Assembly: GCF_041146345.1 (NCBI RefSeq)
Contig: NW_027191404.1
Location: 1,488,001-1,552,000 of the forward strand
Direction of reading: 5' to 3'
Length of the DNA: 64,000 nt
From: Neodothiora populina
Taxonomy: Eukaryota
Shown: piece after piece, positions 11,554-24,291 of the stretch
Layout: each line of letters begins with the position of its first letter
Numbering within the stretch: the first letter of the stretch is position 1
Translations under genes and position numbers: made by a program
Notes under the pieces: model-generated
The model's input: the letters and a program-made list of their open reading frames with translations, nothing else
What the model was told of the DNA's origin: nothing
Databases searched by the model: none

Positions 11554-14500
11554 ATGACCACCGACTACTTCAGCGACTACCGGTCGGTCACATCCTCCAG
11601 ATCATTGACCTCCTCTGCCGACACCCCGTATGAGACCTCACCTTTACCTCGATCACGACGATCCATGCGTAGATCCGTGTCTCGCGAGAGCTCGAGCTCA
11701 CCTCCTCCTTTGCCGTCTGACGCGCGCGGCAGTGATGCAGGCGTCTTTAAGATGGACCCTAAGAGATTCACGCCCACCCTTCATGCCTCCCTCGTGTCGG
11801 AAATCCTGACTCTTCGCCGAGAGCTCGAGTCGAAGCACCGCTTCATTGACAACCTGGAGGTCAACCTCGACTCGGTGAAGACGGAGAATGAGTCGCTCTC
11901 CGAGAAATTGGCCCAGAGTGCCAAAGATGCGCGGTTGGCTGATCAGAGATTCAAGACGCTGGAGGACGGGACTCTGGACGCCGTTGAAGACCTAGCAAGA
12001 GAAAGAGATGCTGCGAAGCAGATGAACCGCGATCTCAAGTCGAGGATTGAAACCCTGAACCGGACGATCAAATCGCAAGAAGAGCAATCGGTCAAGTCCC
12101 AACAGTCATGGCAGAAAGAAAAGCAGAGTTGGGAGAACGAGAGGCGCCAATTGGAAACGAGGATACATGTCACAGAAGGCAGACTGCGTACTGTTGTCGA
12201 GGAAATGACCTCTCAGCGAACCGCCGCTGAAGAGGATCTTTCGGATCGCGCAAGCGAGCGAGGATCGAGCACCTTCAAAGATAGCGGACTGGGCAACGAC
12301 AGCGACACTGGCAGCGTGAGCTCACACAAAACAATCAGACACGGAAGAAACCCTAGCAATTTCAGTATCGCGAGTGTCGCGCCCTCTCTTGATAGTCCCA
12401 AGAAGAGCATCGTGTCAACGAGTCTTGCGGATGAGCTGGGTTTCGACGAAGAAGACGATGATTACGACTTGGATGAGTCTGACCATGATGACGATGAGCT
12501 GCTTTCTGACATTCGGCTCGGCGCTTCTCCTGGACATCGATCAATGGTGATGGCTGGGTCGAAAGCCAAGAAGATTCTTGGTCTCACGAACGAGTCGCGA
12601 GATAAACGCACAAGCGGCGAATTCAAACGTAGAACCATAGCGGATGTGTTTCGATCGTCTACCACAAGCTTATCCTCCTTGTCTGGATCAACGTCGGGGT
12701 CAACGATCTACAGGGACCGCAGAAGCAGTCCTAGCCCTACGCGCTACGTCGACAGTGCCGTGCAGTCCTCGAGACCATCAAGTCTGTTGGATTTCCCAGT
12801 GCAGACCGATCATAGCACTTCTTCCATGCCAAAATCGCAGAATCAATCTCCTGCAAAGCGTACCCTCACCGAAATTGAGTCCACCGACAGCTTGCGCTAT
12901 GATGCTCCGGATGTCGAGAAGCGTGCATCTCTATCAGATAAAATGTTTCGGCAGAACATTGCCCCTCTCAGCCCTCCAGAGACCCCGATCTTGCAACGAG
13001 ATCCTGCACACGATGATAACGACACACCTCGAGGGACCACAGTCTCGCAGCGAGATCCTGCACACGATTCAAAGGACACTCCTCGAAGCACTCCGACTTA
13101 CACATGCACTTCGACTCAAACGGACTATGTCATACCAACGCCCTTCGCGAATCCCTTAGCACTACGACGCAACGCCCCAGTGGAAGATTTACCTATCCCT
13201 TCCATCTCCATCCATCCCCCGTTGTCTACACCGACCTCCCCCAGTCAGCCTGTCTTACCGCCTGGTATGGTCAATGCATCGGCACAGACTGAGCCAGCTG
13301 CCGTCGCTAGCACCTCTGATGCTGCAGTGCAGACAGAAGGAATAAGGATCGATACGAGACCTGTCAAACTCGCGCCCCATCTTCTGCCCAGCACTCTAGA
13401 CACTGCAATGCAGATCGTTGCAGAGGAGATTGCAGCCAGCAAGAGACCCGAGATCAGAGGACCGCCAAGTCTCGCCGAAGGTACTCCTCGTCGGAACATG
13501 GAGAAGCTGCGTCTCAAAGCGCTCGATCTGCCTCGACCTGTCTTGCTACCTGTTGAGATAGATGATCAGAAGTTCCGCGAAGATCCTACAGCTTACAGCG
13601 ACGGCTCCGTCTTTACAAAGTACAAGCACTCACGCGAGTCGTCGGACGGGAACTTCACCTCGTGGCGCGATTCTCTTCCTGCGCCGGAGCGCAATGCGAG
13701 TGATGTCGAAGCAGAAGACGACGCAGCAATGCCTCCAGTGCTGGCCCGATACTCATCTCGCACCGGCTTGAATAGCCTCCCGAAGACTGTGCCGGAAGAT
13801 CGGGAGATCTCCCCTAATCACGCCCAATTCGCTTCGGTCACAACAGGCCGTTCGAACAATCATCCAAGAAGGGGATCGGATGGCAGCTCTTACGGTTCAC
13901 GCCCAATGAGTTCCAGAGGTCGATCCAGCTCAACGCTGTCCTCTCGTAGCAAGTTTGGTTTACCGTCACGTAGTCCAAGCCCTACTCGAGGCTCGACTAG
14001 CAATGGCGCGAGTACTCATTCCGGCGGGACCCAGCCGCCACCGTTTCCGATCCCATCGAGGTCCAGCTCGCGTGCCAGAGCGAGCACAAGCCCTAACAGT
14101 CCTACACCTCACGAAACGCGTGCTTCAAGTTTGCGGCAATCAGATCATGAAGGATCTCTTGTGAGGAGTAAGTCATTGCGAAAAGCGCACTCTTCAAACA
14201 CCTTGAGGTCAAGCGTGAGGGTATCGCCGATACGAAGAAGGCGCAGAAATCCCCAGCTTACTCCTATTCAATCCATGGCATTCGATAGCACCCCAGATTT
14301 CAATATTCCAGATAATCACACCGCACCATCAGAGACCATGATCTATTCTCCAGTGACGGAAGAAGAGAGGACAGAGGCAATGGATGGTCCAGACCGTGAA
14401 TCTGTATCCGATGAGAACGATCAGGAAGGTGCTATCGTGGATGCCATTGCCGCCACAATGGTGGGTGAATGGCTGTGGAAATATGTGCGAAGACGAAAGT

Positions 14501-15594
14501 CGTTTGTCCTTGGCGACACAACTCCTGGTGATGATGGTACACATGGAGTCACAAGGCACAAGAGATGGGTGTGGCTTTCACCGTATGAACGCACGATCAT
14601 GTGGAGCACGAAGCAGCCCAACTCGGGAAGTGCTCTGATGGGTAAGAACGGACGCAAATGTAAGACACCATATTCAAGTTTTTTTTGAATATCAATCTCT
14701 CTGACCTGTGCGACAGTAACGATCAAGTCTGTGCTTGATGTGAAGGACGAAAAGCCACTTTCAAAGACGTCCGCCTCAGACGTTGTCTTTGATCGATCGA
14801 TACTGATTCTCACGCCGGAACGAGCACTGAAGTTCACTGCGCCCAACAGTGACCGACATTACTTATGGCTCACAGCATTGTCTTTCCTGGCCCAGTCTGG
14901 TCGTGGACCTCCTGGAGTGCCTCGATTACCACCGCCAGAGCTTGCAGAGAGTCTACCCCCAAAGCCGCGACGGCCGACGATGGCCCCTAGCAAGAGACGA
15001 GATTCTGAAGCGCGAAACGCGCAAGCGGCGGACCCTACTGCTGCCACACTACAGATTACACCCGTCCTCGGGGAGCCTTTCCAACCACGTCCCAGCCACC
15101 ATGCTATACCGCCGCCGACGCCGAAAGATGCGGCAGAAGCGCCAGTGATTCCTCGTATGGAAATTCATCGACTACAACATCAACGCAAGCGCAGCAATTC
15201 TAATCCGATCCAAACTGCCCCTTTCGTCCAGCCCAGCATGAGAAGTTTCTCTTCGAACCATATCATGTCTCCGACGGGTTCGGACTTGGCTCGTGTATCG
15301 ACAACAACATCAAGCATTAACCAATTATCATCTGGGCGCTCAGGTAGTCGACGTCCGTCCGCCAGCCCTGAGGGGCCGAATTTCTTCGAAGCGGTAGATA
15401 CAGTACGCATGGATGCCTTTGTCGATGCAAACTATCACGAAGGGGTGCTGTATTTGCCTACACCACCTGCACCGGTTCTGGCACGAGCAAAACGCAGAGG
15501 CGGTAGTGTCGCCAGCACCTCTGTCTCGCCGGAAGAAAGTGCCTCGCATGATGGTTCGAATGGAGCCGGCAAGGATCCCTTCCTTGGGTTCTAG
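11554..15594 (+). CDS. Num1/ApsA/Mcp5-like cortical protein: N-terminal coiled coil plus C-terminal PH domain (intron 14660-14716)
   Basis: An N-terminal coiled coil follows DPKRFTPTLHASLVSEIL. The Mcp5-type PH region reads AIAATMVGEWLWKYVRRRK...RHKRWVWLSPYERTIMWSTKQP...SILILTPERALKFTA...HYLWLTALSFL across a canonical intron. Confidence 0.85.
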
Positions 15595-16836
15595 AGCATT
15601 GTTTTGGTGTAAGTTTACCGTTCGTGCTCACGGCTGCACGACATGTGTACCGCATCTGCAAGGGTGAATTGAGTGCGTCAAAGAGCACGATGTCACCTGT
15701 TGTTGAAAGCCTAGACGGAGCCAGACGATGATAGCTGGGAATTGGATGCTGGCCATGACTTTGGCACCCTCTACTATCCCACAAACATGCGTACGAGATA
15801 AAGAAGAGAGGTCAACAGAAATCGAGGCGGTGAAGACTTGTGGCCAAGGTCTAGCTATACCTCGTTTCCAGGAAAGTATGCCTTCGTATACAATATATAT
15901 ATATATAGTGTGTAACATGGATAATCAGGAAATAATCGAGAACATCGATTGCTTGACGAGAAACGTGCAATCTGAGAGCTTGCGTATTACTTGTACGAAG
16001 GTGTTCGTTCTTGGTCGCATCCATCTGCTTCGAACATTCAAAGTGCCTTTTCCTTGACTGCCTGTCGAGAGACCGACCCTGTCCGTCTTCGCGACGAACT
16101 TGAGGACTTACTATTCCAGCCGTTCCCTTCTTGCGATGGGGATGTTGTGCCAGACCACTTGTAAAGTAGGGTTTGTATTATATACAATACAGATAACAAT
16201 ACTATGAATCGCATATATCTAACACCAATTACCCACACGCTCGTCTCCTGCGCTGCGTACGACGCTATAGATCCCCAATCATCACTCCTAACAGAAAAAG
16301 ACGACGACGGCGACGGCGACGAGAAAAGATAACCAAACGCACCCGAAGTAACGAATATACTCACCAAGGACCCAGAGCAAGGACTGGAAAACCCAAGACC
16401 TGGAAGGCAGAAAGATACATGAAATGTGTGAGAGGACATTTGCAGCCATGTTTAGTATACTGGATTTGGCAATTCAATATTCATTTCCAAAGGAGTGGAA
16501 TTTAGAGAGGTTAGAGAGGTTGGAGAGAGGTTGGAGAGGTCCTTTGTGCAGCTTGTGGTCTACTTCTTCTCTTTTCGCTGAGGCATGGGAGACGTTTAGG
16601 GTTTCTGATCTGCTTTTTTTTTATCTTGGTGGGAGAGGGGGCGCTTGTGGTCCTTTCTATCGTTATCTCCTTCCTTTACTTGTTCTGTCTTTCGTGCCAT
16701 CGAGGCTCAGGTCGAGGTCGGGAGGAAGTGGTGTGCACGTTGACGTATCCACGCTCGTAACAGAGACGCTCATAAAGGAGGTATGGGAGTGTTTCCAGTC
16801 CGTCTGTCGAGGATCGAAAGTCTCTTGCTCCTCTTT

Positions 16837-16869
16837 CTCCTCCTCCTCCTCCTCCTCCTCCTCCTCCTC
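16837..16869. repeat. (TCC)n microsatellite
   Basis: Direct reading, about 11 units. Confidence 0.9.
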
Positions 16870-17628
16870 TAATGGCTTGGAAACAAGTAGCGTAATTGAA
16901 TATTGCATTCGCGTACGACTTACATGGAGACAGGGAGAGTTTTAGTCCATTTATTTGTTTTCACAGAACCAGCAGAGGAACTACGACATGTGCACAGAGA
17001 GATGAAAAGGACTATTCATCTCTCCTATCTTCATAAGCCTAGTCAGCGGGACATGAGAAGAGTGTGACAAGGCCAAAAGGTGATATCGCAGAGATAATCG
17101 TGTAATGGACTCATATTTACCCCTGCGCTGACTCACCCATTCACTCACGCTCTCGAGCGTATGAATTGTAGTAGCGACAGCGACTCCCTAGAGTCGAGTC
17201 GAGTCGAGTGGATACACACGCAGCTAGACAGCATCGTGCTCTACATTACCCCCGGCATGGGGTAGACCGCTCTCTGACCTACCTGATATTGAACCGCCTC
17301 TGCATCACGTTCTAGAAACAAAAAACTTCAAAGACGGGAACAGTACATGAAACAGACAGAGTTCGATGGAAGGGACATTACCTACGTGACGTACATACTT
17401 ACCTACGCCTAACTTCTCTCGGCTCCACACAGCAACAGGCGTCAAAAATAATGATCCTGAAGCGAGTAAGACAAGCAAAGAGAGGATATGGACAAGGATT
17501 CTCCCTTCAGAACCGCAAAGAACCCAGAATAAGAGAAGAAGGAAAGGTAAGGAAGAAAGAATTGTTGAGTGTAGATCAACGGCTGCTTGTTTGAGATAGA
17601 TATACACGATACAGGTACGGTACAAAGG

Positions 17629-17655
17629 AGAAGAAGAAGAAGAAGAAGAAGAAGA
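17629..17655. repeat. (GAA)n microsatellite
   Basis: Direct reading. Confidence 0.9.
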
Positions 17656-18920
17656 TGGATGTTATTTCTCGGCCATATTCATCATCGGCTCACGTGGTCG
17701 ATGTCTGCGTCATCATCCTTGTGCGAGGTCCTTTTCCCAGGTATTGATTTTGCGCGAAGTAGAAGGCGAATTGGGATTGTCAAGATGAAAAAGAGATGAG
17801 GAGTGTGGAGTGAGCCTCCCATCTACTTGTTCGTGCACAGGGTTTCAGGCGAGCATCTCGCGTTTCATGGTCGACGAATCGTCGTTACAGACATGACTCG
17901 AAGCTTTCCTCTCCTCTACTCACACTAATACATAGAACGTCAAGAATGAAGTATAAGAAGAAGTATGGCAATGTTCAGCTCAATAAACACAAAGCTGGTC
18001 GTCGAGAGAGGGAGACAAACAAAACCTACTATCTTCCGGCCCCTCCATCTCCATCTACCATTTCCCGGACCTGCATGCATGCATATACAGTAAAGCCAAA
18101 ATTCAAATAAGCCGACGCCTGCGGCCCTACCTAAAGTCAGGTAGGTACTGTAGTACAATAGTACCTCTTTCCTGCAGTCGATCGCATACAGCAACATCCA
18201 TGTACCTGTAACTATCTTACAAGCATCATTGCCCCCCAACACACACGGCACTATTATTTCGCCTTTCACCATGGTTTTTACTGAGTCACCCCACCCCGCG
18301 TGGCTGCTAGGCTTCTCACCAACATGGGCACATTTGTGAAGAGAAAACAGGGATGATCCTTTACTACATCCTCGCGAAAAGAGCCATCCAGACGTCCAGA
18401 CTAGAGCACGAGGTAAAAGTATGGTAGTCCGTCACTCCATCCCAGTTCGGGTATTCATTGCCATATTCACATTAGCTGGGCTGCTGCTGTTCTCTGCAGC
18501 CCAAGGCAGGAGTGTCTAGTGCGCCCGGCACTTGTTTTTCGCACAGAAAGAAAGGTACACCATAAAGCAGAACAGTAAATACGGTGGGGATCTGCTACCG
18601 CTTGTACATCTTTGGGAAAATCATTGATTGTGGGCATTACGCGGCTGTTTTGCTACATGGACGAGAAGATCATGAGAGCCTGAAATTGGATTATGGTTTC
18701 TTATCTCGCGCTGCGTGTTTTACTGTCTAGTGAAAATGCAGATATGCGTGTGTGCGATCGAAAGAAACACGACTGCTGTACTATGATATGTGACTGAAGG
18801 AGAGCAGTAAGCAGAACTAAGCTAGGCAGTTGCTCGGGTTCGCCGATGGAACTGATGTTTTGGACCCTTGTCCCCTCAAGTCCTCCGGGCTGTTCCCAAC
18901 CAACGTCATGTCGTGGCTGC

Positions 18921-18946
18921 GCTGCTGCTGCTGCTGCTGCTGCTGC
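18921..18946. repeat. (GCT)n microsatellite
   Basis: Direct reading. Confidence 0.9.
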
Positions 18947-21416
18947 ACGCACAGTAAGCTCCGTCCGAGATGCTGTGCAACAGACTATATTGTCCGAGAT
19001 ATTGCATTGTCTGCGCTCCTTCTTCCATCGCGAAAGTCTGGAAGGAAATCATGGACTCGTTCAGGATATATTGCTTTGTACTTACACAGCTTTCGGTAAC
19101 GTGAGTGCTCCATTTATAGAGTCATTCGGCTGTACACTGTACTTCGACGTATCGCATCCCATTCCTCTTCGATATCCAGCTGCTTTAGTTTACACTGTTC
19201 AGTGGCTAAGTGAAATGTCTTCGTTGCCTTCTCCGAGTCCGAATAGACCATGTGTGTAGCAAGTCTGTTCACCATGTGCGACATTTGCCCCCATATTCAC
19301 CATTGCGAAATGCACGACCGCAGTCATCCGCCGTCTGTTAGACCAGGCCAAGAACCGATGTCGAAAGAAGCAAGGATTTGCCTTTTCGACCGTCACACGT
19401 TCCAGTCGAACCTGAAGAAACGTGTTTGGTGTTTCAGAACAGTAGCAGATCATGCCACTGCCGATCAGCAAGCAAAGAGAAATAAAAAGATAACAACGCC
19501 GACGTTTTGAGTCCATCTTCGCGTAAATCCATCTTGCGTATCATTGTGCTTGCTGTCGACTGTTTCAAACGAGCCCTCGCGCATCGGGCGAGTGAAATGC
19601 AACGCAAGACAAGGCACAGCAGAGACAGGACCATTTGACAAGGGCGGGATTACCCCGTATCACTGACGTCTTGTCTTACCCTTGCTGATTGGACGGTCCA
19701 TATTGTGCATGCCTTGTCTGAGCCACAGAAAATGCGGCGAAATTGCGCGGTAGGAATTGTGAGAACTCAAACGCGACAGATAGAGCTGGCAGCCTTTGGT
19801 GTCCTCGCTCGGCATATTATGCAGCCACCCCATTCATGTGATTCAGCTTACTACGTGGTACTATAGAGTCGACTAATCGCATGATTTCCCTGACCGGGAC
19901 CCCTGCGTCCATGTGTCCGTTTTAGACAACTTCTGGCTGTGTCAGAGTGATAGATACCTACCTTACCCTTACATGTGATATGATGCCGATAGCGGCACAC
20001 CTCTTTCGCGTGTGTCTGGTCTGGGGTTCATTCATCTGTCGCATACTACTAGAAGATCGACACCAAACGTGAAGAAAAAGATGCAGTCGTAACGCGAAAG
20101 GCAATCTAGAAATTACACGTCTGGAGCAAAGGACCGGGTACCATGTCTAGTGTGTGGGGATAGAAGGGAGAAGAAAAGACAGGCCATTGCGAGTGGTTGA
20201 ACTCGACGGTCAAGGATGGGCCACACAGTGGGTCATGGCAACGAGAAAGAAGCTCAAGGGTCCACAAAACAGCCTGCTTCGATCGTACCCGCTTTTTCTT
20301 TCCCTTGTGCTATCAGTTCGAGTAATACATGCATGCCTGGATTGTTTATACTACTCCCGTAGATGATTGCACTATCAGCTTTTTTTTTCTCGATCTGATC
20401 CCTGCTCAACACAGCAGATGGGAGGCCGCGACAGCGCCTCTTGGCTCTTCGAACACCTTCTTCCCGTCCCGCCTGATGTCGTCGTCTTGTCGCCGCCGAG
20501 TTCGATTGGTGGTTTTAGACTTCCGCTCATCAACATGGTTTGGACAACGATGGGCGAAGAGGCCCCGGCCATCTTGGGAAGTGCGACATCTCTTTCCTTC
20601 GTCATCTATGAGAGACTATGGCTTGTGTGATCTGATCATGGGAAGTGTAACCTTTTCTCATCCCGCCTATCCCTGTATACGCGTTTGTGGAGTGCTTTAT
20701 GGAACATGTGGTAATAAAGTGGACGAGACGAGCAAACGGGTGGGAAATAGATCAAGGGCTAGAGGTGACGACGAAGCTCGCCTCGAAAGACGATCATCTC
20801 AAGGCAAGGGAGTCCGATATCGATGCTAGTAGGTTGAGATGGTGCCGAGCCACATGAGAGTTGGGTTGGGGCTGCTGCGGCGGTGGTGGAGGTGGTGGCC
20901 ACCTCATACAGGTAGTATTGAAAAGGCAGGCCTTATCTCTCCCTTCGCCTCTTGGTTTTCCGAACCGTTTCTATTTCCATTCTTTTACTTTCGTCACGAC
21001 AATCCTCACACAGGCTGTGCTGGTTTCTTTCTGCCCATCGGCTCCATTGCTTTCCACATTCACTTATCAAAGACAACTTCAACGTCTCTCCCCCCCAATC
21101 CCGCTGCCGACGCTACTCATCCACTCTCACCTCTCACTGTCTTGCCGTACTCCACATTTATCTTCGTTGAAAAAACACTCCTGCCATCTTCCCGCCTTTC
21201 TACTTGCTTAAGTCTGATCGTTGTATCCTTGCATCATCGGTCTTGTAAGCTGAATACGGTCGTTTCTCGTCCCCTCAAAGTCCGATAGACAAAAACAGCC
21301 GCACTACCCACACACGGCCAGGAGCCTCTTCATCCTTCATCTCAACTTTCATCTCTCTCACGGGAAATCATCTTATCAAATAACAATCATATCAACCCGA
21401 TAAGATTCTTCACAAC

Positions 21417-21956
21417 ATGTCTTCAACCATGACTCTCAAGACTCTCCTCACGACTCTTCTCCTCATCAACACTGCCTTCGCCTTGCCGTTCGGCTCGTGG
21501 TTCAAGAAGCCCTACGGCTTCAACAACGACACCCTCCCCGCTGTCCCTACCGGAGGCTTCCCTACCGCCTCGGGAGGATTCTGGCCCTTTCCTACCGGCA
21601 CTGGTTTCCCTCACCACGACCGCCACGCCGGCCACCCTCCCTTCCCCACTGGAGGTTTCCCGATGCCCACCGGTGGCTTCCCTGCTCCGACTGGTTTCTT
21701 CCCTGCTCCCACCGGCTTCGTCAAGCGTGCCGAGAACGTACAGGAGGCCGCTCTTGTCGAGAAGCGTGAAGCTGCCGTCGAGCACAAGCGCTTTGAGGGT
21801 GCCCGCCGCGCAGTCGTTCAGAATGAGAAGAGAGGCTGGATCCCCTGGGCCCACGGCAAGGAGCCTTTCCCTACCGGCTTCCCCACTGGCACCGGTTTCG
21901 CTACCGGAACCGGCACCGGTGGTGTTGGCCCTACTGCTTACCCTACTGGCTGGTAA
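21417..21956 (+). CDS. Small secreted PTG-repeat protein with multiple Kex2 (KR) sites
   Basis: Signal peptide (LKTLLTTLLLINTAFA/LP), ACAACATG start context, strong C-ending codon bias, 9 PTG motifs, four KR sites and no Cys. Confidence 0.85.
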   Translation: MSSTMTLKTLLTTLLLINTAFALPFGSWFKKPYGFNNDTLPAVPTGGFPTASGGFWPFPTGTGFPHHDRHAGHPPFPTGGFPMPTGGFPAPTGFFPAPTGFVKRAENVQEAALVEKREAAVEHKRFEGARRAVVQNEKRGWIPWAHGKEPFPTGFPTGTGFATGTGTGGVGPTAYPTGW

Positions 21957-23285
21957 AGGGAGCTGTGTTCGAAGGGGATCTTGAGAACAGGCAGGGCACT
22001 GTGCAACAGCAGCAGCGATGCTGAGATCTGAACAAGGCTGGTTTGCTTTTGTCTCCAGTCCTCATGTTTCCTCATTTGTTTTGCTTTTCTTCGCGCAACC
22101 AATAGACCACTTGGAGGAAGGAATTTCATGTATACGAAGGAGATCAGAGAAATTGACGGAACGCAGAGAACGGAAGAGGAAAAGGTAGAGATATGATGGT
22201 GCGTTGTTTTGTTTGACTGCTTTTAGATCGCAAGGCTCACCTACCTTCATACTCAATCTTACCCTTTTGTTTCTGTTTTCCGTAGACTCCGAGCAAGAAA
22301 GACGAGGAACGAGGATCGTAGACGTAGATGTATCATTTGTGTTATTGCTGGCAATTTCACCTCATCTGGAAAGCTCCTTGTTGTCCTGTATGTTTCTTGC
22401 CTTGGTGAAAATTGCGTACCTTACTTGGAACAGGTAGTGTGAAGTGAAGTGGCGCGTGTTCGGGTTGACATGTCTTTTCCGACAAGAATTGATGGATATC
22501 AGATCAGTGCTTGCGTAAGGTAAGTGAGGCACGGTAAGGTGAGGTAGGTCAAGGTGCCGTACTTCAAGTCTCTTGTCTGTACCTTGCTCTGCCAACCTGA
22601 GTCATGCTGGTGATGGCGTGACAAGAAGCTCTGCGTACTTACCTCAGCTTACCTAGGTAGCTGAGCAGCTGGTCGTGCCTGCCAGATTGGGCAAGAACGT
22701 GAAAGTCTCGATACAGGATAATACGAAGGTCGAAGAGAATTTCAGTCACAGAGTACGTCGACGCTTGATCACTCTACCGAAAGAATGGGGAAAATTGGAC
22801 AAGGAAAACTGCAATCTGCATTTCCTGGCAGAGCACAAACGGATGGTTGTCCGCCATGCTCGATGCCGATGATTATAGAAGTCGTCGTGGAAAAAACCCG
22901 ATAGTCCCCCTGCAAGCTCTTCCGAGATAGAAAAGCAAATAAATCAACAGAGAGGAGAAAACCAAAATAAAAGGGAGCAGCACCTCAAATAGTATATGTG
23001 GTGGATGATTCAACCTTCCATACGCCATAACCCCTTGATCTTCCCAATAAAGCTCGTTTCTTTCGTCTGAGGGTGTGGAGACATCTTCTCCAGATGAGTG
23101 TGCCGGGTCGAGGAGGGGTTGTTAACGGGCACGTAGCGCACGCCGCGCTTGGGAGACACAACAGGTGACACATGGCCAGCAGCGGAGGTTGTGGCATCAG
23201 GACCAGCACTTGGCCTGATTGGAGTCGGGAGTGAAGTGGAGGGTTTTGCTGGATCGTGTCGGCCTTGCTGGGCTCCCGCGTGGCG

Positions 23286-23415
23286 CTATTCGATGCCGTG
23301 CTCGCGCTTGAGCTTTTCTAATTGTTCTTGACGCTCGGCCAGGTTCTGTTGTTGCTTGGCCATCTTCTCAGGCTGGTGGTAGAGGACTGTGATGAGACGG
23401 AACATGGTCAGATGA

Positions 23416-23455
<40 letters not shown>

Positions 23456-23948
23456 GAAGTTGTCGTACCGACTAAGTAGCGGTTCTGGAAGTTGTAACCA
23501 TTTAGCTTCTCACAAGCTTGCTTCGCATCCATGACATCTTCGTAGACGACGAAGGCGGTACCCTTGGTGTTGTTTGCAATTCCCTGACGAATTTGACTAC
23601 AGCGCGTGTCAGTAGAGCGGACACTTGGATGGCTTGATGATGCGGAAGCAGCGGAGTGCGCCCGCGGCAAGTCAGATGGTGGAAACATACCGGACAGGAC
23701 CGTATTTGCCAAAGAGGTCGAAGAGGTCCTCGGGGGTGACGTTGTAGCTCAAGTTCTTGACGAAAAGCGCGCTACACAAGAAGATGCGTCAGTGGATGTT
23801 ACACTATGAGCGGCGCGGGCGCGGGCGCAGCGCATGAAGACAGGACTGCTGGAAGGAGGGACAGAGAGGGAGGGCGACAGCAAACGACGCATGAGGAAGA
23901 GAGATACCGATTAATGTCAGGTGCGAGTTTACCACCGCTACGACTCAT
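23286..23948 (-). CDS. SF3B6: U2 snRNP SF3b 14 kDa branch-site protein p14 (SF3B6), 4 exons
   Basis: The spliced product reads [91 protein letters not shown]..., which is the p14 RRM. Three canonical GT-AG introns with CTGAC branch sites. Confidence 0.95.
23419..23450. repeat. (GA)n microsatellite inside p14 intron 3
   Basis: Direct reading, 16 units. Confidence 0.95.
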
Positions 23949-24230
23949 AGCTTGGCTAGGATTGACTGCTGTGTGTAAAAGCGGAGGTTGATATTGGTTT
24001 GATGGAAACGACGGGATGGGTATATCTGATGGATGGAAGGATAAGGTATACAGCAGTAGTACCGAAGAACATACCAAGACTGCTCCTTCCAGTTTACCGC
24101 AGAGTTACAGGCGAGCGAGACTCAGGCTCGGGGCAAGCAACCGCACCTCGCAAGGCAGCCACGGCCCGTGCGCTTCTATACTCGTACGCTGATAGCGAAC
24201 ACCCCCTCGACCCCCTACCACTTGCGCTAT

Positions 24231-24291
24231 GCTGTGCTGTGCTGTGCTGTGCTGTGCTGTGCTGTGCTGTGCTGTGCCGTGCTGTGCTGTG
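24231..24291. repeat. (GCTGT)n pentanucleotide microsatellite in the p14/JHD1 divergent intergenic region
   Basis: About 12 units with one mismatch. Confidence 0.95.

Noticed and set aside
16663..16908. Poly-Glu ORF
   Set aside because: It is explained by the (TCC)n microsatellite.
22634..22650. TACTTACCT resembling the U1 snRNA 5' end
   Set aside because: No U1 stem-loops or Sm site are recognisable downstream. It is better explained by the TACCT motif family.
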